From: Mobula hypostoma
Lineage: Eukaryota
Length of the DNA: 64,000 bases
Assembly: GCF_963921235.1 (NCBI RefSeq)
Contig: NC_086097.1
Location: forward strand, 178,562,001-178,626,000
Direction of reading: 5' to 3'
Shown: positions 1-11,055 of the stretch, piece after piece
Numbering within the stretch: the stretch's first letter is position 1
How the letters are laid out: the number at the start of each line of letters is the position of its first letter
Notes under the pieces: model-generated
The model's database searches: none
Told to the model about the DNA's origin: nothing
The model's input: the letters and a program-made list of their open reading frames with translations, nothing else
Made by a program: the position numbers and the translations under genes

Positions 1-39
1 AGAAAATGGCTAGCTCACTCAGCCTATCCTCATTAGACA

Positions 40-620
40 TGCTCTCTAATCCAGGCAGCATTCTGTAAGTCTCCTTCTCACCCTCTCCAAACCTATGGCA
101 CTGGTACGGGTAGATGAGACCAGGCAGAAGATCTTTTTGGTACAGACTAGTTGTGCTGAAGGCCCCGTTTCTGTGCTGTAGTGCTCTGTGACTCTTCTCT
201 GGAATAGTAAGCATGTTACTGCTGTAAAATACTTCAATAAGGCCACACCTAAGAGTGCTGTGTACAGTTCTGGCCACCATGCTGTAGGAAAGATGTCATT
301 AAACTGGAGTGTATGCAAAAATGATTCCTGAGGATATTACCAGGACTTGAGGATGGGCGGGGTTTGTATTCCCAGGCATGTACGTGACTGAGGGGTGACC
401 TCATGGAAGGGCAGAGGTTACCTGAATGGGCACAGTCTTTCCCCCCAGGACAGGGGAGTCCGAAACAGGAGGACATAGGCTTAAAGTGAGGGAGGTAAAT
501 TTAAAATGGATCTGAGGGCAAGTTTTCCACACAGAAGGTGGCAGCCATTTGGAATGAGCTATCAAAAGATGTGGTACAGCCAGGTACAATTATGACATTT
601 GGATAGGATAGGCTTAGAGG
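40..620 (+). mobile_element. CR1-type LINE fragments
   Basis: CR1-like 3' motifs: cagttctggccacc...aggaaagatgtcatt, ggacataggcttaaagtgag, tggaatgagct, gaaggccccgtttctgtgctgta. Confidence 0.7.
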
Positions 621-624
621 GATA

Positions 625-1865
625 TCAAAGATCAAAGTAAATTTATTATCAAAGTACATACTGTACATGCCATCATATACAACTCTGAGATCTGTTTTCT
701 TGCAGACAATCATAGTAAATACAAGAAACACAATGGAATCAACGAAAGACAGCAGCCAACAGAACGGACAAACAACCAATATGCAAAAGACAAGAAACTG
801 TGCAAATACAAAAAGAAAAAGCAATAATAATAATAATAATACATAAAAAAAAATAAATATTGATAATATGAGATGAAGAGTCCTTCAAAGTAAGTCCATA
901 GGTTGTGGGAACAGTTCAGTGATGGGGTGAGTGAGGCTGAGTGAAGTTATCCCCTGGTTCAAGAGCCTGATGGTTGAGGTGTAATAACTGTTCCTGAACC
1001 TGGTTGTGTGAGTCCTGAGGCTCCTGTACCCCCTTCCTATTGACAGTATTGAGAAGACCCCATGGCCTGGATGGCAGGTGCCCTTGATGAGGAGTTCGGT
1101 GGGTAATACCGTTCCGGCTGACCGGAAGTGCACTGATAGCGGTAAGCGTAAAGGAGTTCGGTGCTTACTGTTCTGGCTAACAATGGATGGTGCAATCTGG
1201 GGTATATTACAATCGAGGAACGTGTTTGCAGACTGGATATTGAACTTTTTACTGTTGGACTTCGGCCACATTCCACCGAGATACAACACATGGCAGCACG
1301 GGAGGTCGTTCCTGCCTGTGGCCATCGAACGTGCAGCTCCTCCCGTGGAGGGTCAGACACCCTGAGCCAATAGACTGGTCCTGGACTTATTTTCCATCTG
1401 GCATAGTTTGCATTTTGGTGTTTGATTGTTGGGGTTTTTTGTATTGCTATATTTACGCTCTATTCTTGGTTGGTGAAGCTGTAACGAAACCAAATTTCCC
1501 TCGGGATTAATAAAGTATATCTATCTATGATAGATACTGCTTTTCGTGTAAATGTGCTCAATGGTGAGAGGACTTTACTCGTGATGAACTAGGCTATATT
1601 CACTACTTTTTGGAGGCTTTTCCATTGAAGGGCATAGGTGTTTCCATACCAGGCCTTGATGCAACTAGTCAGTACACTCTCCACTGCACAGCTATAGAAG
1701 TTTGTCAAAGTCTTAGATGACATGTAGGATCCTCGCAAACTTCTAAGAAAGTAGAGCTGTTGCCGTGCTGTCTTTGTATTTACACTTATGTGCTTGACCC
1801 AGGACAGATGATCTGAAATGATAACACAGGAATTTAAAGTTGCTGACCCCTCTCCACCTCTGATG
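625..1865 (-). mobile_element. L2/Rex-type LINE 3' fragment, interrupted by a nested insertion at ~1091-1527
   Basis: Minus-strand peptide GYRSLRTHTTRFRNSYYTSTIRLLN is a typical ORF2 C-terminus. The tail caaagtaaatttattatcaaagtacat recurs in the window. Confidence 0.7.
1091..1527 (+). mobile_element. Internally deleted Rex1/L2-type LINE derivative with (CTAT)n tail
   Basis: An APE-like peptide NNGWCNLGYITIEERVCRLDIELFTVGLRP is joined to ORF2 C-terminal RYNTWQHGRSFLPVAI, then a 3'UTR and aataaagtatatctatctat. Confidence 0.6.
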
Positions 1866-2646
1866 GACCAGACACAGGCAAATGGGATTAGCTCAGACGG
1901 GCACTTTGGTCAGCATGGACAAACTGGGCCACAGGATCTGTTTATGTGCTGCATAATTCTACCTGATCAAACGTTGTAGTTACTCTTGCTTCCACCAGCT
2001 CCTCTGGTAGCTTGTTTCATAGAAATACTACCGTCTGTGTGAAAAGCTTGCCTCTCAGATCTCCTTTAAATGTCCCCACCCCCACTTTTTCCTGCTGTGT
2101 TTCGATGTCCTGCCGTGCATGGTTGGGGGAGGAGCTGGGATGTTGGTCTGAGTACCCGATGTCAGTACTTCTGTCAAACCAGTGATGGATGACCTGGTCT
2201 GTCAGCTCGACGGTCCTCTAGTGAGTATTTACTCTCTGGAAAGGCCTGAACACGAACCTTGCCTGGTGTGATTCACTCTTCACTGCAACTACACGCAGAC
2301 CTATTTTGAAGCACTATTGACACCTCCATCTCCAATTGAGACCCAGGATCATTCCTGAGCTCGATGACTCAGTAGGTGTTTAGTTGGTGGCATTAGTTCT
2401 AACCTTCCATCTGGTGCCAGCAGACAAGGTTGCAGCTCCCTAGCCCACTTAAGCCCCTGCCCTGACCTGGGATGGGATGTGCTTCCCATGAGGTGCAGTG
2501 GATTTCGAATGCTGCCTGGGTATTGGGTGGAAGTTGAATACCTACCCTCAGCACTGACAGGGCAGCATTGACAGCTCAAAAGTATTTTCATGCATTTGAA
2601 TGTCTCTGGTACTGGAATCAGTAGAAAAGATTTTAAGTAATTTAGT

Positions 2647-2868
2647 CATAAACAAGAGGAAGTCTGCAGATGCTGGAAATCCAAAACAATACACAGAAAA
2701 CACTGGAGGAATTCAGCAGGTCAGGCAGCACCTATGGAAAGATTAAACAGTTGACATTTTGCGCTGAGACCTTCTTTAGTCCTGACTGTCTCAGAAGGTC
2801 GACTGTTTACTTTTTTGCATAGATGCTGCCTGACCTGCTGAGTTCCTCCAGCATTTGGCATGTGTTAC
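2647..2868. mobile_element. Penelope-terminus hairpin element (MITE-like), 13-bp TSD
   Basis: Inverted arms ctggaggaattcagcaggtcaggcagca / tgctgcctgacctgctgagttcctccag. Direct repeat TAAGTAATTTAGT at 2634-2646 and 2869-2881. Confidence 0.8.
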
Positions 2869-3184
2869 TAAGTAATTTAGTAGCATGCAGGTGCAAAAGT
2901 CAAAGGTATGCAGGACAGCACAAGCATGACTGGGGGTAGCAGTTTTACCATTTTCGATTTAGTGAACTTCAACGAGCGTTAAAGGAATCAATCTGTAGCT
3001 GGTAATCACATTTGTCTCATTTACCTTTCAAAATTTAAAACACACAATCCAAATTAATTATTACAGCTAAACTGGTGACATAGTTTATTATTGTCATATG
3101 TACCAAGCTTGTCTGCATACTGTTCGTCCACATCAATCATTAAACTGTGCATTGAGATAATACAAAACTGAGTGCAAAATAAAA

Positions 3185-4030
3185 TGTTGCTTTCAAAATA
3201 TTATAACCTTTCAAGGTATTTGGATTTCTAAAAGCTATAACTTTTATTGTTAAATATCATATTTTCAGAATGTTACTATTGCTCAATATTACAATTTTTC
3301 AAAGTATCAGGATTTAAATACTATAATGATGCAATTTATAAAATTATAGAATGTTTAAAATCACAGTTCCTCAATTTTAATTTTCAAAATGTTTTCACAA
3401 TGAATTAGAGATTTGTTCAACATACTATGAATAATACTGCTTTCTGAATATTATGACTTTTCAAGATAAATATTAAAACCGGGCAGTTTGTATATTTTCG
3501 CAGTACTACTATTTTTCAAAATGAACACAGCATTAGAATATATTCACTACAAATTCGAAATGTCAGAACTTTTAAAGATAACTAACCTAATTTTAGAAAA
3601 TATCACTTTTTGAAGAACAATCATTACAACTTTTCAAAGTATTCCAAACTTCCAAAGTTAACATTTACTTGTTTAAGTAGACAGGACACTATGAATTACT
3701 ACAATTCAACAAAATAACTAGTAGTACTTTTTAAAATAGCTAACTTTTCGAAGTAAATATTTCATCCTTTCAAATTAAATGTAATTTCAAAATATAACTT
3801 TTATTTAAAATGTTAAGTTTTTAAAAAATGCTAAATCTTAAGTTTTAAAAATGTTTCAAAATAGATATTTTTCAATTTTCAAATTGCTCAGTTCATCTTT
3901 CTAAACATAACTCTTCAAGATATATTAGAACGTGTCAAAATATCACCACTCTAAATTCTTACTTTCAAAACTAATATTAATATTTTAAAATCTTGCAATT
4001 TTTGCAATAGGTACAATTTTTCAAAACAAA
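3185..4030. repeat. Very AT-rich degenerate repeat (ttttcaaaat-like units)
   Basis: Many imperfect tttcaaa/ttttcaaaat/ataactttt motifs directly upstream of the CpG-rich region. Confidence 0.6.
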
Positions 4031-4559
4031 CTTTGAAACAAATACAGCTTCTCACATCGCAGCTCTTCAGGCGGCGTTGGCTGCCCTGCTGTGATTTTTT
4101 CCAGCGATTTCGATTTACATTTTAACAAGTGTTGCAAACTCACTCACAAAACAAAAACACACTGCCACTTTCAAACACACAAACGTTGCAACTTCTCAAA
4201 ACAAACGCCAGGGCTTTTTTAAAGTAACTTTCAAGTGCCGCAGGAATATAGCCGAGCAGCCAACAGTAGCGAACGGAAAGAACGGACGCCTGTGAGGAAG
4301 ATTTCTGGCGGAAAGTTGCGAAGGAATTCGCCTAGGACAGGAGGTCCTTGTTGCCAGAGTGGGTTCATTTTTGATGCCGCGCGCGACACGGGTAGGTGAG
4401 GTTGCGCTGTATATGAGGTCCGACCAGAAGGGGGAATAGTACGGCTTTGAAAGCAGTTGTTCTGAAAGTGGGAAGGGAAGGGAGATGGAGAGAGCAGGAG
4501 CCGAGGCTGCAGCCACACCACGCTCCAGATCCGGAGTTTTTTTGGGTTCGGGGAATCCA

Positions 4560-4761
4560 GATCTTGCTTGCGGCTTTCCGGTTTCATGCACCAAACGTGC
4601 ACTCTCAATCTGACAATGATTTCCTCAGTGATTACGTACAGTGCGTATCCCTGTGGGTATGGGGCCCCCTCTGGAGCTGTCCTGATGGGTTTGGGGCCTT
4701 GTTTAAATTTTCCATTATTATGTGGAGTACCGGAGCGACAGCGCAGTCCAAGATCTTGCAG
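4560..4761 (+). other. ZNF521: 5' leader exon (start approximate) of the ZNF521-type gene
   Basis: Donor CAG|GTTTGT at 4761/4762. The sequence ccattattatgtggagtaccggagcgacagcgcagtccaagatcttgcag resembles the ZNF521 5'UTR as I remember it (unverified). Splicing to the acceptor before 5302 gives ...TTGCAG|GATGTCTCGC. Confidence 0.6.
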
Positions 4762-5302
4762 GTTTGTGATGAGGAAGGATCGGGGCAGGTCGCCACTCTC
4801 TGTTCTGCTCAGAATTGACCTTTTGCAAGCGCTGCGTCCAAACAAGGATTTTTAAATATAAAGATGTGTATGTAAAATTATAGAAAGACCCCCTCTCCCC
4901 CCAGGAGGAGTTTCAAGAATGCAGCAAAAGTATTATAAGCTTCCAATATATTTTTTATTTTATATACGCTTGATTTTTATCCCCTGCATTTTATTTTTTT
5001 AAAAAGAAAAAAACAATTGCGGGTGGACTGTAGTGATCTTAAGTCTTTGAAGATTTAATTCTTTATTGCAAGAAAAGAACGGATTTTACTGGATGCTGCC
5101 GTTTTTTTGGAGTGCGTTGATCTGATTATTTTTAATTCTATGGGAGAGAGATAAAGAGAGAGAGAGAGAGAGGGGCAGCAACATTTTCAGTGGGCGGCCG
5201 AGCGCTGGGGAACGTATCAAGGGGGCTTTTAATAAGAGAGGCGAGGACAAAAAAAAAGCCCCATACCGAAGTCTTGAAGAGGGTATTTCTTTTACGCTTA
5301 GG

Positions 5303-5342
5303 ATGTCTCGCCGCAAGCAAGCTAAGCCAAGATCACTGAGAG
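5303..5342 (+). CDS. ZNF521: First coding micro-exon, MSRRKQAKPRSLR (N-terminal NuRD/RBBP4-binding motif), ZNF521-type zinc-finger protein
   Basis: Acceptor tttcttttacgcttag|G at 5301/5302, ATG at 5303, 40 coding nt, phase-1 donor AG|GTAAGT at 5343. The peptide matches ZNF521 MSRRKQAKPRSLK better than ZNF423 (RSVK), SALL (KPQH) or BCL11/FOG. Confidence 0.85.
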
Positions 5343-5794
5343 GTAAGTAACCGTCAGCACGCACAAAGCTAAGACACACACACAAAAAAATTCCGTGAAT
5401 GTGTCAAAAGTTAAATCAGGAGGAATAAAATAAACGGGGCGAGAGTGAGTAGCTCCGTGTTTGTTCGCTGTTCCGCTCGAAGAAGCGGAGCGGGGGTGGC
5501 GAGGGTCGGGGAGCTTGAGGGCTGGGGAGGCGGAGAGAGGGAGGGAGGTGTGGAGGGGAGAGAAGGGGGAGAGGGTGCGGTAGAGGGAAGGAGAGTAAAG
5601 GTAGGAGAAGGGATGAGAGGAGGGAGGAGGGGAAGGGATGGGGCAGATTGTCCAGCTGGCTCTCCTTGGGCAGAAGAGGCTCGGCCTTCTCGTCCACCCC
5701 AGTCACGGTGTGCAGTACTGACGGGTGGTGGGAGCCGATTGAGATACAATACGTGCCGGGCTTCGGGCAATTAAGATATACGGACCTAGCACAT

Positions 5795-6185
5795 GAGTCT
5801 TAGTTAGAAGGTACACTGTGAACGGAGACGACTTGGTTAAGATGCAGTGTTAAGAAAACCCGACTTAGTTAAGATACATTGTAAAAAGAGGACTTGTTTA
5901 AGATAAATTTTTAAAAAGAAAACGACTTTTTTTTAAAGATACCTTGCAAAAGGAGGACTCGATTCAGATACTTAGTTAAGATACATTGTAAAACAGAACG
6001 AGTTGGTTCAGATACAATATTTAAGGAAAGCAGAAGGAATTAGTTAAGGTACATTATAAGTAGGTAACGAATTGGTTAAGGCGTTACGTGTAAAGGGTAT
6101 AACTTAGTTAAGCCACACTATATCCTAGTGTGGGACCAGGTGCAGTCTTTGTAGGTAGTGTGACTTAGTTAAGATGCATTGTATA
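5795..6185 (+). repeat. Degenerate tandem repeat, ~30-bp unit GACTTAGTTAAGATACATTGTA(A-rich)
   Basis: Roughly a dozen imperfect copies of the core ttagttaagatac. Confidence 0.75.
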
Positions 6186-6488
6186 CCGGGTGTGAAGGAA
6201 TGTTGCGGCCGAGTTGCCTTGGGTTCCAGCTCACGTGGCTCTGATGCCGAGAAGCTGCAAAAATAACAAATAGTCGCAAATAAACAGTGGCAGAAGCAGC
6301 AACGACCGTGGGCTGCAGTGGCTGGCACCCAGGGTTGCCATCTGGTTAATGCACAGGGTCCCTACCCGAACACCTACACTTGTGGGATTCCACCGCCCCC
6401 CCACCCCCCAAAGGGAACGGGTGGCTCCACAGTCATTAGACTGGGATTGTTTTGGATAAATTAACCTGGGGCTAGAGTCCACAGAACG

Positions 6489-6489
<1 letters not shown>

Positions 6490-6533
<44 letters not shown>
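6490..6533. repeat. (CA)n microsatellite
   Basis: Directly visible. Confidence 0.95.
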
Positions 6534-6535
<2 letters not shown>

Positions 6536-8049
6536 CTTCAAGTATGCAACAATAAGATTTATTAAATATACAATAAAACGGCAAGACTCAGTGTTCACTT
6601 AAGTGTCAGATTTAAACAATGGTTTTAACGAAAATATCAATCTTACTAAGTTTTCTTAACCTGGATGTGATTGCAATAAAATCAGCAGGCAATCTTGTCT
6701 AGTTGGATATCTTTGAAAGGTGGGTTTACATTTTAATGTAGGAAGAGTGTCTTAAGCCTTCAAAATTAGTAAGGAATAGACGCCACTCTGAACAAAACTG
6801 AAATTACAGAACAGAGCTGCTCCACAACAATTGGAACTGTATGTTGAGTATTTTAGATGTAGCAATGTCATTTACCTGTTTTTCAAAGGTGCTTCCATGC
6901 ATTTGAAGAATTACAATGGTACTAATGCATAACCACTGAAGCATAAAGATTCACCAAAGGTGCTCTTAAATTAAATAAAATAATTATGATCCTGTGTTTG
7001 GATTTGGAGTTCGGTGAGCCAATGTTGAGAGTGCAGTTCTTTTATCAATCAATAGTTATGACTGATTATTGCGACAGATATCCAGTTATCCACTCCCACC
7101 TCGCTGCATTAATAGTGAAAATCGACATTTAACATTGTGCTTGTGGCTGGCAATAGCAGAAGGCTCTTCTTACTTCTGATAAATTTATACCATCATCACC
7201 GTGCAACCCCCTAAAGCTTGTGGACTGGGCTTCAGGAGCCTTTTGTTGAATTATGTTAAAGTATGATGCAGAGACTGGTGTAATTTGAGTGTGTATTTTC
7301 ATGATCAAGGCCGAGACAGCTAGTAGGAATGTGTTCATTATGAAGGGGGATAAAAAAAAGAACAGGTTTTAAATGTGGACATTAAAAAACATGTTTCCCT
7401 AGGCGTGAATTGCCTAGACGTGAAGGGAAGGAGAAGAGGTATTAGACACCTTCCCTTTAGTTCTTTGTTACTACTTCAATAACTAAACATTGAGTTTTAA
7501 GTGCTGTATTTGGAGTACTGGTTATTTGTTTTATTTGTGTAACAAATCTGGACAGTGTCAACTCTACACTGAGAGGACTGCAATAAATAGTGGGAATCCT
7601 TGATGTGAGATTTTCACTGATGATATTTTTAATGCAGAGAGTCTCCAGGACACGTGTCAAAAATTCTAAACCATTGATTTAAATTTCCCACTCAGCGTTT
7701 AATTGATGGGGAGCTGCTGTCAAACTCCTGGGTGGTGATGGATTGTGTTAATGGGGAAAAAAGACTTTGTTAACAACTGGCATTTATGTAGCATATTTAA
7801 CATAGTAAATCGGCCTGCTGCTTCATGCAAGTGTAAACCAACAAGAACCAAGGACCGTCGTGGACATTGGGAGAGGCAATCATAAGTTTGAGCAGAGTGG
7901 GGTTTTAATGAGCATTTTAACGGAGGAGGGAGGCGGAGACTGGGATCATGAGGAGGATGTTACATTGCTTAAGTCTGTTAGATCATTGCATTGTCAGATT
8001 ATATATTCTGTTAAATAAGGTGCTCAGTACTCGGGGATATAAGTTTATA

Positions 8050-8460
8050 TTTTGTTTTTTTTCTCTCACTTTCTGTCTCTCTCTTGCTATGTCTTTCTCT
8101 CTCAGTTTTTGCCTCGCTCTCTTTTTCTCTCTCAATTTCTGTCTTGCTGTCTTTCTCTCTCGCTGCCCCCCCTTCTCTCTCTCCTTTTCTCGCTAGTCTT
8201 CCTCTCTCTACACTGTCCCTCTCTTCTCTTCATACTCCATCTCCCAACCGCTCTCTCTGCACCCCCCATGTAGACTTTCTCTCTCCACCATCCCTTGCCT
8301 CTTTCTTGCATTCCACCCTCCCTCTCTCAACTTGTCTATCTCATTACACCCTCCATCTCTCTCTCTCCACTTTCAGCCCTCCTCTAATTCTCTCTCTCTC
8401 TCTCTTCATCCACTTTCTAATTGTTTTTCTCTCTCTGTCCCCTCTAAGCCCCTTTCTCTC
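8050..8460. repeat. CT-rich low-complexity tract
   Basis: Polypyrimidine; explains the overlapping L/S/F-rich ORFs. Confidence 0.85.
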
Positions 8461-8754
8461 ATATTGTAGAAATCTTCCCCAGTCCATAAACCTGAGAAGA
8501 AAATGACCAGAAGCAGGTGGCAGCTATTCAGCCCCTCAAGGCTGCTCTGCTGTCCCTTGGCCCAACGTTCCTGCCCCATCCCCAAGACCGTGCAACGTAG
8601 ATGTCTATCAATGGGAGCCTTCGACTGCGTTCACTGATCAGAGTTCCAGCTCTCAGAGGGAGACCTGGCCCTCCGAGAGATTAACATTCTGCTCACTTCC
8701 ATCCGAAGTGGGAGGCTCCGTTCTGAAACAGTGTACCCCACGTCGGGAAGGCTC

Positions 8755-11055
8755 AGGATTGGATCAATTGGATTTATTCCCAGTGGAGCATCAGGGACTG
8801 AGAGGCAGCCTAATAGAGGTTTATGAAATCATGAAGGGTCAGGTGAGGTGGGTGGTCACAGACTTTTCCCTCGGGTGGGAGAGCCTAAAACTAGTGAGCG
8901 AGGGTTTAAAGTGATAAAGATTTAAAGAGGCAAGTTTCTAACACAGAGGGTGATGGGCATATCGAATGAGCTGTCAGAGGAAGTAATTGAGATGGGTGGG
9001 TGCAATTACAAAGTTTAAAAAAATATTTTGACAGGTCCATGGATAGAAAGGTTGAGAGGAATATGGGCCTAGTTTGAATGGGATAGCATAGACAAGTTGG
9101 GTTGAAGGATGTACTCAGTGCTGTATATCACTGTAACTGTGCAACTCATGACCCATTGAGATCCCCCCTCCAACCCACTCTGTCTCCATTTCTTTAAATT
9201 CCAGTGAGTGTTGATCCACTTGAGATTTAGATTCATTTATTTATCACACGTACATCGAAACATGAGTGAATTGCATTGTTAGTGTTAACAACCAACACAA
9301 CTTAAAGATGTGCTGGGGGTAGCCCACAGCTGTTGCCACACATTCTGATGCCAAAAGCGCATGACCAGCAGAACAACACAAGCGATAACAAAACAAACCT
9401 CTTCTCACTCTCTCACTCTCCTCCAACCTTAGGATAGGCCACCTCTGGCCTCTGGCCTCCAGCCTCTAGTCCCTGGCCCAGGTCTGAAACTTGCAGGCAT
9501 TGGGCCTTTGTCTTCTGTACACCCCAAACCAGAGGCTTTGAGCATCCAGGCTGACCAAGGGGATTGAACCTGAGTTCTAGGGAGAGACTTTATTCCCTGG
9601 AGCACAGGAGAATGAGGGCGAAATCTCTCGAGGTATGCAGAATTATGAGGGATATTGATAAGAGTGTATGCATGCAGGCTTTTATTCCCTGAGGTTGGGT
9701 GTCTAGAACTAAAGTTCATAGGTTTAGGGTGAAAGGTGAAATATAAGGAGGAAACATCTTCACTCAGAGGATGGTGTGAATGTGGAATGAGCTGCAGAAG
9801 GAAGTGGTCGATGTGGATTCAGCTGTGTAATCTAAGGGAAGGATGGATAGTACATGGATGGGAGGGGTATGGTTTGGATGCAGGTAGATGGGACTAGACA
9901 GAAGATTAGACAGTATGAATTAGATGGGCCAAGGGGCCTGTTTCTGTGCTGTAGCACTCTGTGACTCTGTAATACGATGAGCCTTGCAGTGAGGAGATCA
10001 GTCCGCCTCTCACAGTGTAGGTCACGTGTTTGGTGCCCATGGAACCAGCTGGGGGGTGCTCTGTTTATATTCTTCCTTGTCTTCACCTCTGGCCAGAGTG
10101 TAGTGATGAAGAGGGGGCCAGGGCTTCTGAGGTGTTGTCACCAGAGCCAACACTTCAGAGGTCAGTGCTGTCCTCGCCAACATTCTGAGCTGTTACTACC
10201 ACTGAGCCCATTCCCGTTTATACATACATAAAACATACAACAGTACAGCCCAGATACAGGTCCTTCGGCCCATGTCATGGTGCTAACCCTTCACCGATTC
10301 CACAATCAATCTACCTCTTCCTTCCTACACAGCCCATAACCCTCCATGTTTCTTTCATCCATGTGCTCATTTAAGTGTATCTTAAATGCCCACAATGTAT
10401 TTGCCTCAACCATCACTGCTGGCAATGTATTCCAGACATATACCACTCTATGTGTGAACAAAATCTGACCTCAGACATCTCCCCTAAACTTTCCACCACT
10501 CCTCTTAAAAAGGATGTTGTCTGGGATTGGCCATTGGCACCCTGGGGAGAAAGGTGCTTGCTGGCCCCTTATAATTTAATACACCTCTCAACTTTCTTCA
10601 CTCAAACGAGAAACTAATTAAGCCAATCACTCTTAATCTCTTCTGCCGGCACCTGGTCTATATCCCTCGCATATTCATGTACCTAAGAACCTCTTAAACA
10701 ACCTCCATCATACCTGCTTCCATCACCAAACCTGGCAGCACATTCTGGGTACCCACATCTCTCTGTGTAAACAAAAATCTTGGTCTGTACATATTCTTTG
10801 AATTTAACGCCTGTCCTCTTAAATGGATGCCCTCCAGTTTTAGAAATTTAAACCCTGGGAGAAAGACTTGTGCCTCTCATAACTTTATAAACTTCTGTCA
10901 GGTCTCCCCTTAGCCTCTATCACTCCAGAGAAACAACACAACCTCCCCTATAGCTAATATCCTCTAAAATATCCAGTATCTGGTGAACTTCTGTACCTCT
11001 CAAAACCTTCACACCTTTCCTGTAGCGGGGTGACCAGATGATATAATGGTCCAAG
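8755..11055. mobile_element. Cluster of CR1 3' fragments (+ ~8755-9140, ~9580-9970; - ~10230-11055) with a SINE-like piece at ~9230-9400
   Basis: CR1-like peptide LRGSLIEVYEIMKG and 3' ends of the type gggcctgtttctgtgctgtagcactct. Confidence 0.7.

Larger units (their letters stand above)
4050..5800 (+). promoter_or_regulatory. CpG-rich promoter / first-exon region of the ZNF521-type gene
   Basis: CpG density is visibly much higher than in the rest of the window (e.g. gccgcgcgcgacacgg ~4376-4391). The region is TE-free and spans the leader exon and ATG exon. The TSS cannot be determined. Confidence 0.7.

Noticed and set aside
4385..4402. Donor-like sites CGG|GTAGGT and TAG|GTGAGG as an extra upstream exon
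   Set aside because: Motif only, with no independent support.
4196..4845. Minus-strand 204-aa and 132-aa ORFs over the promoter
   Set aside because: Non-ATG starts, no recognisable domain, and expected by chance in GC-rich sequence. An antisense lncRNA cannot be assessed.
5303..5342. SALL, BCL11 or ZFPM identity for the MSRRKQ exon
   Set aside because: The KPRSL ending, 40-nt phase-1 structure and downstream KINxCQLT remnant fit ZNF521.
5795..6185. CRISPR-like repeat/spacer appearance
   Set aside because: Vertebrate DNA, degenerate repeats, short related linkers and no cas genes.
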